This document shows positions 41,976-53,141 of a stretch of 64,000 nt of DNA, one piece after another. Position 1 is the first letter of the stretch, and each line of letters begins with the position of its first letter. Location of the stretch: NCBI GenBank assembly GCA_030770535.1, contig JASVEC010000012.1, forward strand, positions 682,001 to 746,000. Reading direction: 5' to 3'. The translations under genes and the position numbers were made by a program. The notes under the pieces are model-generated. The model worked only from the letters and a program-made list of their open reading frames with translations, did not search any database and was not told where the DNA came from. Source of the stretch: Batkoa obscura (Eukaryota).

Positions 41976-42962
41976 ATATATTTGAAGAAATTTATAAAAT
42001 AAATAGTAGTTTAAATATTGATCAATTGATTTCAAAATTTGAGATTTTTATTTGTGAACATAATAGAGTTAATAACTCAACTGTCAATAATAGGAAAACA
42101 AACATAACTTTTAAAAAGTATCAAAGAAACAAAGATATAAAAAAGATAATAAAAATAAAAGGTATTAAAAAGTATTTACATTTTATTAAACGTGGTAATA
42201 AATTATATTATTATCCAATATCTGATAGATCAAAAAAAAGCGATATAATTTCAATTAAAGTTATAGAGTCTATAGAGAATAGAAAAATTAAAAGATCAAC
42301 CCCAGCTTATCTTACAAAAATAACTGAAAATTTAAAAGTTTCAATATTTAGTAAGCAAGTAAGTAGCTTATCAAATGATAGAAATCAATCATTAAATGTT
42401 GATATTACTTAAATTATTAATAGCTAAGTTAATAAATAGTCAAAGAGCAAGTAGTTGTAATAATAAGTAAAAACTACTATTATGCTGCTTGTGTTACATA
42501 GGGGGGTGTTTTTTTGGTTTCATTATTTTTTCCATCTTTTAAGCGCTATTTGAGTGGAAAAATTGTTAGTAAAATTATTAAACACAAAAATACATCCCCA
42601 TAGGGATGGTTAATTGCAGTTTTAAGGCTAACCGCTCCCTCCCATGCAGCTATTTATTAACTTAGTAATATATTAATAATGTAACTATGACATTAAAACA
42701 ATTTGTTTATTTGATAGCAAATCTACAATGTTGGCTATAAAGCAGTTAATAATAAATATTTCTTAATAAAGTTTTATAAAAGTATATATTTATTTACATA
42801 TTACAACTTTGATTACTATCACTATATAGACTATATTGGTAAAAACTTTGGTAATCTGGGAATTTGTATTAAATTCAATAAAATTCCACTAACTTACAAT
42901 ATAAATTATAAGAAAATAATTTAAAAATTGGACAAAAAAATGAAACCAATTCGGACACCCCC
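41976..42962 (+). mobile_element. 3' part of the Sola-like transposon with an uninterrupted transposase C-terminus and right TIR
   Basis: ORF 42026-42412 gives the C-terminus; TIR TGAAACCAATTCGGACACCCCC ends at 42962. MITEs at 41874-41975 and 42502-42599. Confidence 0.82.
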
Positions 42963-43107
42963 ATAATTTTAACTATTTTAACTTTGTTTTAATATTAATC
43001 AAAAATAGTAATAAAAAGTTTTAAAAAATTGTATTAAAAACAACAACAGGAATAATTACTAGAATTTAAATTTAAGCTGCTAGCTTTAATATAACTTATT
43101 ATAAAGT

Positions 43108-43195
43108 TAAAAAGTAAATAAAAAAGTAAATAAAAAAGTAAATAAAAAAATAAAAAAATAAAAAAGTAAATAAAAAAGTAAAAAAATAAAAAAAT
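43108..43195. repeat. Short tandem repeat (AAAAAAGTAAAT)n
   Basis: Several imperfect 12-mer units. Confidence 0.8.
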
Positions 43196-43899
43196 TATTA
43201 CGTAAATTATTGTATAAAGATTATATTTTTATTTAAAGTTTTACTAACAGTCTTTCTGCTCAAATAGCGCTTAAAAGATGTAAAAAGTAATGAAACCATA
43301 AAAAACATCTTCATATTATATCAAAAGCTATTACATAATTAAAAAAATGATTTTTGCTTATAAAATTTAACACAAATACATTAAAACTAAAAAATCTCAA
43401 TTATCTAATTCAAAATTTTTACTTAACCCGTGCTAAAAAAATTTAAAAACTTTTATTTCCATTTTAGTAGCTTAAATTAAATAATTAAGCCTAGGCATTT
43501 AGTTAGCTAGATCAAATTTTATAACAAAAGTTAATAAAAAAAATAATACAATTTTAGCAATTTTTATTAATATATAGGGTGTTTTTTTTGACTTTATCAC
43601 TTTTTCCATCTTTTAGGCGCTATTTGAATGGAAAAACTGTTAGTAAAATTCTTAAACACAAAAAACATTGCCATATTAATATCAATTTTATTTTCAAGTT
43701 TGTATTAATTATTTTTTTTAGAATGATATAACTAACATATTTTTACATTTTTTAAAGTTTAAGCTTAATTTTTAATTTTTAAAGAATGAGCAAAAAAATA
43801 TGGGGATGTATTTTCTTGTTTAAGAATTTCACTGACAGTTTTTCCACTCAAATAGCGCTTAAAAGATGGAAAAAATAATGAAACCAAAAAAACACCCCC

Positions 43900-45910
43900 C
43901 TATGTAACACAAGCAGCATAATAGTAGTTTTTACTTATTATTACAACTACTTGCTCTTTGACTATTTATTAACTTAGCTATTAATAATTTAAGTAATATC
44001 AACATTTAATGATTGATTTCTATCATCTAATAAGCTACTTACTTGCTTACTAAATATTGAAACTTTTAAATTTTCAGTTATTTTTGTAAGATAAGCTGGG
44101 GTTGATCTTTTAATTTTTCTATTCTCTATGGGGACGTTTTTTTTGTTTTTATTATTTTTTCCATTTTTTAAGCGTTATTTGATCGGAAAGATTGCTAGTA
44201 AAATTATCAAACACAAAAATACATCCCCATATGGCTGAATCATGATTTAATATTTCAGATAAATAATCAAAATAAACTTTGCCTATTGTTCTATCATTTT
44301 CTAAATACAAAACGCCAAACCCTAATACTGATATAGCTTGTTTGTTATAATGATCTAAGTTTATTGGATCTGGTCTTGTTCCTATTTCCATATTTTGTTT
44401 AAAGTCTAGAATTATTATACAACTTCTATTATTTAATTTTTCAATAGTTTCATTAAGTATGTTTTTTTGAATATCAACACAAAATTCATGTAATTTATAT
44501 AACCTTTTTTCTTTATTAAAAGATTCCTCTATCTCTGCTTTATTTTTTGTCGTTGTATTTATTTTATTTTATTTTCAAATAACTTTTTTCTAACTGTATA
44601 CTGGGCACATATATTACATAAATCTGTTTTTCTTGCTGGATTTTTAAAATTATTTGGTATATATTTAAAAAATGTTGACCTAGCTACTGCTTTATCTTTT
44701 AAATCATTAAAATACTTACTGTATATCATTCTTCTACTTTTATTTAATATATATATTATCTGACGAATATTTATCATTATTTTTTTTATTAAATCTTGAT
44801 GAAATAGTTGAATTATCAAGTAAATATTGTATAATAATCTCAATTTGCTCATCTTTAATTTTTTTTGTATTTTTAATAATAGGTTGTAATGTTGGTGTTT
44901 TATTATTATTAATTATTTTTGAATAATCATATTGATTTTTACTTATATTAAATCCAAAGCTTTTACATTCATCAAAAGAATATACTGAAGCTATAGTTGA
45001 TAATAATGCTACTTGTTGGTTTTTATTTCCTGTTTCCCTTAAAGCACTAATTTTATACATTGCTTGATTAAGTTTGTTATTATTAATAGTAAACTTTAAT
45101 AATATTTCTTTTCTTTTTTTTGTTTTATTATAAAATTCCATAAACTTTGGGCTATTGTGAATAGTTGCTAAAATTGATGTAAATGAATTACAATGTTTAT
45201 ATAATGTGCTTCTCCCTACCGTATTAAAGTTTTTAGAAATTCCATTTCGAAGTTTAGTTATAAAAGCCTGCATTTTGTTTTTATTTTAATAAAAAATAAA
45301 GTCAAATAACTATATAATTATATATTATATAGCTATTGAATATTTAATAAAAAATACAAAACACTGTGAAATATCGTTTCATCATCTCTGTGATTGATTA
45401 TCGCATAATAATCACTTAACTTGTTTACAAAACTAGTTGGAGTATAAAATAGATTTTTCAACATAATAGCTCGAGGCTTTTTAATTGAATTGTTCCCTAA
45501 TATTTTACTTTTAATAAAGCCACTAAGTCTTTCTGACAATATCTTATGTAGATTTTACAGTAGTATCCTGTATTCTATTTATTTTACATAGCTCGTAGCT
45601 TATTGCGTATTACTCCTATTGATTTAAGTCTATCTTAGCTACATAAACTAAGGCCTTTTGACTTACGGCCAGTTAACTAAGGTAGAACTGCCTCTAACTC
45701 CAATTACTGAGTACTAACTTTCACAAACATATAATCAAAAAAATAAAATAAAATAAAATAAAATAAACAAAATAAGTCTTTAAGTTAAATTTTTATATTT
45801 AGTTTAAGCTTTTTAAATTTAGCTGATCATACATTAAAGACTCACAAATTTAAAAACTTAAAATTTGGATTAATTTCTAGTTAAATTCTGAAACCAATTC
45901 GGACACCCCC
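43900..45910 (-). mobile_element. Defective Sola-like copy with left TIR, nested LTR (45365-45725) and MITE-replaced core (44130-44228)
   Basis: Inverted near-identical copy of the 25.0-26.7 kb region; TIR ends at 45910. MITEs abut both ends (43802-43899, 45915-46011). Confidence 0.85.
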
Positions 45911-46014
45911 ATATGGGGATGTATTTTTGTGTTTAAGAATTTTACTAACAATCTTTCCACCCAAATGTGCTTAAAAAATGGAAAAAATAATGAAGCCAAA
46001 AAAAGCACCCCATA

Positions 46015-46955
46015 TAATATTTGTTTAATAGTTTAATTATTTTATCAAAATTTGATAAAAAAAATAATGATAAATATTTATCAGATAATATCTAGGACTG
46101 TATTTTTTTATTTAAGAATTTTACTAATAGCTTTTTTATTTAAATAATGCTTGAAAAAATAATAAAGCTAAAAAAAACACCTTTGTATATATTAAATAAA
46201 AGTGGAAAAATGGTATATAGTAAATATTTCAATAATTTAAAAAATAAAATGGTAGCTAGGTTAACATTTTTAAATATATACTAAGTAGTTTTAAAAATGC
46301 AGCAAAAAAACATATTTAATAAAACTATTAAAAAATAAAAGTTCTATAGTAATTTTAAACTTAAATAAAATATGTAAAAATAAAAACAAGACCAAATTTA
46401 ATAAATTTAAATTATTATAATAAACAAGCTATATCAGTATTAGGTTTTGGTGTTTTATACTTAAAAAATAACAAGACAATAGGCAAAGTTTATTTTAATT
46501 ATTTATTTGAAGTATTAAGTCATGATTCAGCATATGAGGATGTTTTTTTTGGTTTCATTATTTTTTCCGTTTTTAAGCGCTATTTAAGCGGAAAGATTGT
46601 TAGTAAAATTCTTAAATATAGAAATACATCCCCATATTATTATTTAATATTTGATAAATTAAAAAAAGTGATATAATTATAATTAAAGTTTATAAAAAAT
46701 TAACTCCAGCTTATTTTAAAAAATAAATGAAAATTTAAGTTTCAATATTTAGTAAGCAGGTAAGTAGCTTATCAAATGATAAAAATCAATTATTAAATGT
46801 TGATATTACTTAAATTATTGATAGCTAAGTTAATAAATAGTCAAAGACCAAGTAGTTGTAATGATAAGTAAAAACCATTATTGTACTGCTTGTGTTACAT
46901 AGGGATGGTTAATTATAGTTTTGGGGCTAACCTAACCACTCTCTCCTATGCAACT
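46015..46955 (+). pseudogene. Strongly AT-decayed transposase copy with two MITE insertions (about 46095-46185, 46536-46633)
   Basis: Aligns by eye to 25770-26860 with many C>T/G>A changes and deletions. Confidence 0.75.
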
Positions 46956-47200
46956 AATTTAAATACCCATATATATATAATTTTATTATATTATTACTAA
47001 GTTAAGTAATGATAAAAAATTGTAAAATTAAAAATAAAGCTATTGCAATAACAACTGTTTCATTCTTTAAATGAAACATATTTTTAGTAATACAATATGA
47101 GGATGTTTTTTTTAGCTTCATCACTTTTTCCGTTTCTCAAGTGCTATTTAAGTGGAAAGATCGTTAGTAAAATTCTTAAACAAAAAAATACATCCCCATA

Positions 47201-47273
47201 TGGAGAACCCGGGCATCGATCCCGGTGCCTCTCGCATGCTAAGCGAGCGCTCTACCATCTGAGCTAGTTCCCC
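47201..47273 (-). tRNA. tRNA-Ala(AGC), flanked by MITEs at 47099-47197 and 47378-47475
   Basis: GGGGAACTAGCTCAGATGGTAGAGCGCTCGCTTAGCATGCGAGAGGCACCGGGATCGATGCCCGGGTTCTCCA. Confidence 0.95.
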
Positions 47274-47764
47274 TTTGTACTTTTATTGAAAGCTTTAAAA
47301 ATTAATATAAATTTACTTCCTAGAAACAAAATATAGATAATTATACAATTCTAAGTAATCAATACAAGACTAAATATGGGGGGGGGCGTTTTTTTTGGTT
47401 TCATTATTTTTCCCATTTTTCAAGCGTTATTTGAGTGGAAAGATTGCTAGTAAAACAAGCAAAAAATACGTCCCCAATTGATATTTTTCGATTGGAATAT
47501 AATTTTCTTTAAAAACCATTAGACCTTGCAAAAAATAAAATTTGCTATTGCAGTCATCTGCCTTCACCGTCTAAAAGCTGCAAAAAGTTAAGTATCATAT
47601 GGGAAAGCCTTATATTATTAGCTCGATCCCTATTATTAAAGTTGTGTTGAAGATTGTATAATATTAGCTAATTTTTTTATACGACAAACACAAACATTCA
47701 ATTTATACTGATATCTATTTAATTTTCAACCCTTAGTAAAGTAGAAATTATGCTTCAATTGATG

Positions 47765-47795
47765 GCGTCCAATGACGTCAATATAGGCCAATGAA
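47765..47795 (+). promoter_or_regulatory. Putative VPS55 promoter: two CCAAT boxes around a TGACGTCA (CRE-type) palindrome
   Basis: gtCCAATGACGTCAatataggCCAATg, about 100 bp upstream of the ATG in an AT-rich background. Confidence 0.5.
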
Positions 47796-47887
47796 TTTAC
47801 TATTTGCTTATGACAAGAAATCAAATACTTAGTTTGAGTAAAAAAGATAATTTATTTTTAACATTAACAAATAACTAAAAGAGAAAG

Positions 47888-48664
47888 ATGGCAGGATTGA
47901 AAAGTAAACAGTGAATTATTGTAATATAAATCAGAATTTATTTAATATGGATTTTTTTATAGCGTAACAATAATTATAATGATATCAACAATATTTTGAT
48001 TTTAACAGAAATATAATTAGAATTGTAAGCTTAGCGTTTGTATTAGCCATTGGATTTTTATTATCAATTTTAGCCTGTGCTTTATATGGGTAACTATAAT
48101 ATTTAAGCTGTAAATTTTTTAACTAAATAATAATCTTAATCATTCCAGAAATTGGTTACCATTGATAGTAGGTAAGAAATTAAATTTATTGACTCAATTA
48201 AATATCAATATGAATTTCTTAGTGTTTATTTATTTATTTGCTGCTGTACCAAACCCATTATGTCAAAGGTGTTCCAATATAAATGAGGACATTTTATCTG
48301 ACAATAGTAATAAGTAAGTCTTGATAATCTTATATCTTTTATTCATTTTATTTAATATCATTATAGTGGATTTTCGGATGCTGGTAAATTTTTAACTTCA
48401 GTATTTGTTGTTTCTGGATTTGGTATAGCTTACTTATTGTTATATATCATAAATTATCAACTTTTTTAATTTTTCTAGGTTTACCATTAGTATTGAGTCA
48501 TTCAAATTTAGTAAATAACAATATAATATAATATAATATTAATAATTTAATTTTTATTAAAGATAGAGCCAATGGCTGCAACCTTATCAATAAGCGGAGG
48601 ATTGTTGATTTATGCTTCCATATTATTGTACGCTTATTTTTTTAATGAAGAAGAAAGTTTTTAA
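47888..48664 (+). CDS. VPS55: Vps55/OB-RGRP endosomal membrane protein, multi-exon (missed by the ORF track)
   Basis: Spliced MAGLKTIVSLAFVLAIGFLLSILACALYGNWLPLIVVFIYLFAAVPNPLC..FSDAGKFLTSVFVVSGFGLPLVLSHS..LSISGGLLIYASILLYAYFFNEEESF*. Confidence 0.92.
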
Positions 48665-50927
48665 GTTTGCTTTTGAATGGCGAAATCAATAGCTCTTATC
48701 AAAGAATTCATATACTACAAAATAAAAGTAAATACAAAATCATATGTAATTATAATTAATCTCTTACTAATTTTGATAATTTAAATGCCACTTTGTCAAT
48801 TTTTTGTTGTGTTTTAACAACCTCAATAACATCTCTTCTAACTTTATTTAATGCTTCAATCATTCGTTTCTCTTTCTCTAAATTATTGGTATTTTGATTG
48901 ACTGTTGACCAATATTGAGTTAACAGTTCAACTCCAATTAAATGAAAATTTTTCAATTCATTTAACTTACTGCTATCCAATATATTCTTCGGATTCTCTT
49001 TACTTTGTCTATTATTTTGAATGATTTCACTAAATTTAATGTTGGCATCACTAGCTAATTTAGTATGGGTTTTATTCTATTAAATAATAACAATAAACAT
49101 ATATTAATATAGAACAATAATTGAACATGCTTACATTACACAAATTTAAATCTAATTGTTGATAATCCTTTTTAAACTTTTCAACAACCTTGTTGTAATC
49201 CTATAATAAAAAATTAAAACTATGTATCTAGGTGAATTAGTATAATATCTGCCTCATTATTTTCTTCCTTTATTTCCTCTTTCGTGTTATTATTGATATT
49301 CAAAATATTGTTATTATCTCTAAGTTGAAGTGGAATACTATTAATTTGTTTTTCTTTATTTAAATCTTCAATTATTAATTCCTTTTTAATAATATCCTAA
49401 AAAGCAATAAATATATATATATAATAAAAAAACAATTATTACCTCGTTATTATTTGTAGTTACATTATTGTTCCTATTAAATAAATATTAATATATTATT
49501 ATTATTATTATTATTAATTGAATTACTTTGCATTATTTAGAATTTGGTTGGAATGAAAATTAAACCTTCGGATTAAAGATAATGCATTTTTGGTACGTCC
49601 CGGTATCATGGTCTGATCTGGTTGATTACCAAACTAATAATAATAAATATTACATTATGAATGATTGTATTATTATTATTTACTTCTTCATGATCTGCTT
49701 CATTCGCATTTAAATCAATACTTTTTAATATGTTATCACTTTTGAATTTTTTAGCTAAAGATTCCGCCTCTATAACAATAATAGTATTAATATCATATCA
49801 CGTTTACATATTACTGTTATATTTTTATTATATTAATATTTTACCTTGATCATCTTGATCTAATAAAGGATCAAAGATAGGGTCATCTAGATCCAAGTTA
49901 ATTCTAGTGTTTGAACGATTTCTATGGAAATATTTGGAAGCAAAAAATCGTTTCCAAAAATCAATTTCATTAATCTAATATAAATTAGTATTTTAACATT
50001 TAAATCAATTTCATAAAATTTTACTTTATCTGGTACGTTTTCTTCATATGCATTTTTGACTAATAATTATTAAATATTATATGTGTTATACAACAATAAT
50101 TATATATCAATTTACCTGAAGGATAAACTAAAAATATTTCATTAATAATATCAGGAGTAATAGTGTATTTAATTTCGTTTCCATCCTGGGCATTAGGTTT
50201 TAAATCTAACCAAGCTGAACTTTGAGCTTTACTCTGATTTAATTGAATCTGTTGATTATTCAATAAAACCTAAAAATAAAGTACATTTATAAATAGCGTC
50301 CTTTCAATTCTTAACAATGTTGATTACTTTTCTATTTTCCCAAAATTCTTCTTCAGAAATTATACCTGTCAAGACTAATTTTTGATGTAATTTGGCCAAA
50401 TTATCATTTTTTGATAAGATTGAAGCTCGAATCCTTAACTCCATAGAATCAATACCAGTAACTCCATCCTGTCTTTCTCTGTTCAATGCTATGTTAGTTG
50501 TAGAATTCGTAGTTGAATCTTGATTTTTTTGATTTAAAATATTATTATTTACACCAGGATTATCCGCAGAGGCATTATTACTATTATTATTGAACATAGC
50601 ATTATTTTCTCTATTGAGTCTATATTGTTGAATCAATTGTTTAAATACGTTTTTATCATCAACGCCGTTTTGATAGCCAAAAGAAAAAACAAATTCCTTA
50701 TTAGTTGCACTATCTGTTTCAATCTTAATCTTTGGAATTTTTGCGTTATCACTAGTAGCTAAATGCTTAACAATAGAACCATGTTCAATACTAACTGCAA
50801 ATTCTTGTTCTCCATCATATACATATGCTATCCTTTCTGAAGTAAAATATAATCTTCCTTTTTTTTTCTCATATGTCACTGGATGCATGTTCGAGGATAC
50901 TACTTCATTTTCTAAGAATGATACCAT
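48661..50927 (-). CDS. TFB1: TFIIH p62/Tfb1 (PH plus BSD domains), multi-exon
   Basis: N-terminal PH-like region; BSD motifs LHQKLVLTGIISEEEFWENRK and FWKRFFASKYFHRNR; ITPDIINEIFLVYP; NQPDQTMIPG; ELLTQYWS. Confidence 0.88.
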
Positions 50928-51101
50928 TTTAAAATGGTTCTAAGATATAAAGGATAAAAAAATTCAAAAATGTAGAATCAAATTGTGTAAATAGAGTAAA
51001 TTACAATAATTATGAATCCATTGGCTAATTTTAAAATTAAACTGAAGCTGCGAGTTATAAAGTAAAAGGATTGTTTTAGCAATATTAAACAAAGGATAAT
51101 T

Positions 51102-53014
51102 ATGGAGCCATACACAAGTAATAAATCAAAAATTAAATTGTAAAGAATAAACTAATAGTAAAATAAAGACGAGAAAGAGTATGTCGAATGCTCATTAGAT
51201 AGTGGCATAGCAGCACCTAACATTCATTTTTCGCCAAGGCAACGTAAAGGTCAAAGTAATTTTAAAGATAAAAAAAGGGGCCCATTAAACCCATTAGAAA
51301 ATGATAGAATGTTAAAAAGCCACAGTATATTGTTGCCAAATAATAATAGAAATAGAGGGATGAAAATGAATGTACCACAGTTAAAAGAAGAAGTTAGAAC
51401 ATTTGATAAAAAAAATAGTTATGATAAAAACTTGTTTAGAGCTGTATTTTTTTCAACCCAAAGTAGTGTTAAAGAGTATGCTGATATTCAAGCTTGTTCT
51501 GAAAAGATTGTTGCATTCAAGTTATCACCAGTAAGGTTATTTATACCCTTTACTAAAAAATAGCATTTAAATTATAAAAATAGCATTTTTTATTATTTGA
51601 AGGTCCTTTCTTTGATAGTAAAATGATGAATTATTTACGTGATTTACAGGTAATCAGAAGATAACACTATGGATTCAAATAAGATCAATAATAATAAATC
51701 ATTTCTAGAAACAATTAAATGAATTACCACGTAAGGGAAGGACAGTAATAATGAAGTCCATTTTCCCTTGTTTAAATTTAAAAGGAGTGTATTTTCAACA
51801 CAACTTAAGCTTAGAATTAGTTAACATTGAAAGTACCATTCATTTTTTAAGTGATTTCAAGTTTGATGTAAGCTAATCATGTATTTATATTTAATCAGCA
51901 TATTAATTTTATTTAGTATGTTTCTTTTTTAGAACTGAATTCTAACCCAGGCGTCCTTAATGGTAGTTTTTTTATTAGCTTCAAATATACTCAATTAATA
52001 ACAAATCAGAATTTTTAAAGAACAAGAAGAAAGAAGGAGTGAAGGGAATTATTATAGATAATAAAGGAGCAATAAGTGAAGAGAATAAGCAAAATAACAG
52101 CAATTGTTATTTAAATTATACTAATGAAAATGGTACTTTACAATAATGTTTTTATATTGATTATGTTAACAGCTATTTCTGTATAGATTTTGATTCATTT
52201 AAAAATGAATTATTGACTATAAACCAACATCAATTTGAGAAAAATAAGATCAATCTTATGTTTTGTGATATGGTAAATAAATAATAATAAATACAAACAA
52301 ATATTTAAATAGTAACTTATTTATAGCCAACATTATTGGAAGGAGATAAGGAGTATCAAAAAGGAGTATTGTTACGACAAATAATTATGAGTTTAACTTT
52401 AGTTGAAGGAGGCGTTTATATTTTAAAATTAGCAAATACTTTATCAAAATTTACTCATGATATTTTATATTTAAATTATTTATTATTTGATAAAGTCTAT
52501 TTAATTCAACCACCTACTATTAACCCTATTTTGGCTGAAAAGTAAGTTCGATAATAATAATAGTATAATAATATAATGATAATAATAATAGATACTTAAT
52601 ATGTCAAAATTTAAAATACAATTTAAAACAAGAGGAAACCAACAAACTGATAGAATATTATAAATCCGTAATATCTCAGGAAACTAAAGGTTATTTACCC
52701 AGTTTATTTAACAATGAATTAAAGTTTGACTTGTCATTTATTAAATTTTTAAAGAATAGCAATACTAGGTAACTTTTGTTATTAAGACAATGGAATTATA
52801 ATATGAATTTAATACGTAATTTTTTAGTTTGTTAGCTAATCAAATTGAAGCACATCATAAAATTATTAAATGTTTACAAAAAGGGTAAGTTATTTCATTT
52901 ATTTTATTTAAAAACATCAATATTGATTATGAGTTTAGTCATCCAGTAACCCCCTTAATCGATTTCAATACTTTAAAGACATATGCCGGTTATGAATTTG
53001 AAATTGAGAATTAA
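51102..53014 (+). CDS. CMTR1: Cap1 2'-O-methyltransferase (CMTR1/FtsJ)-like protein with degenerate active site
   Basis: LKGVYFQHNLSLELVNIE, FLELNSNPG, LMFCDM and LLRQIIMSLTLVEGGVYILKL..ILYLNYLLFDKVYLIQPPTINPILAEKYLICQN parallel CMTR1 motifs in order. Confidence 0.72.
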
Positions 53015-53141
53015 AAACTTACTTTAAATTCTATTTGGCCAATGTAGTTGATTACAATTATTAATTAATTGATATTAATTATGTTGTAAGTGATGTTTTG
53101 AATAAAATAAAATAAAATAGTCTGTATTAAAATTAATATAT

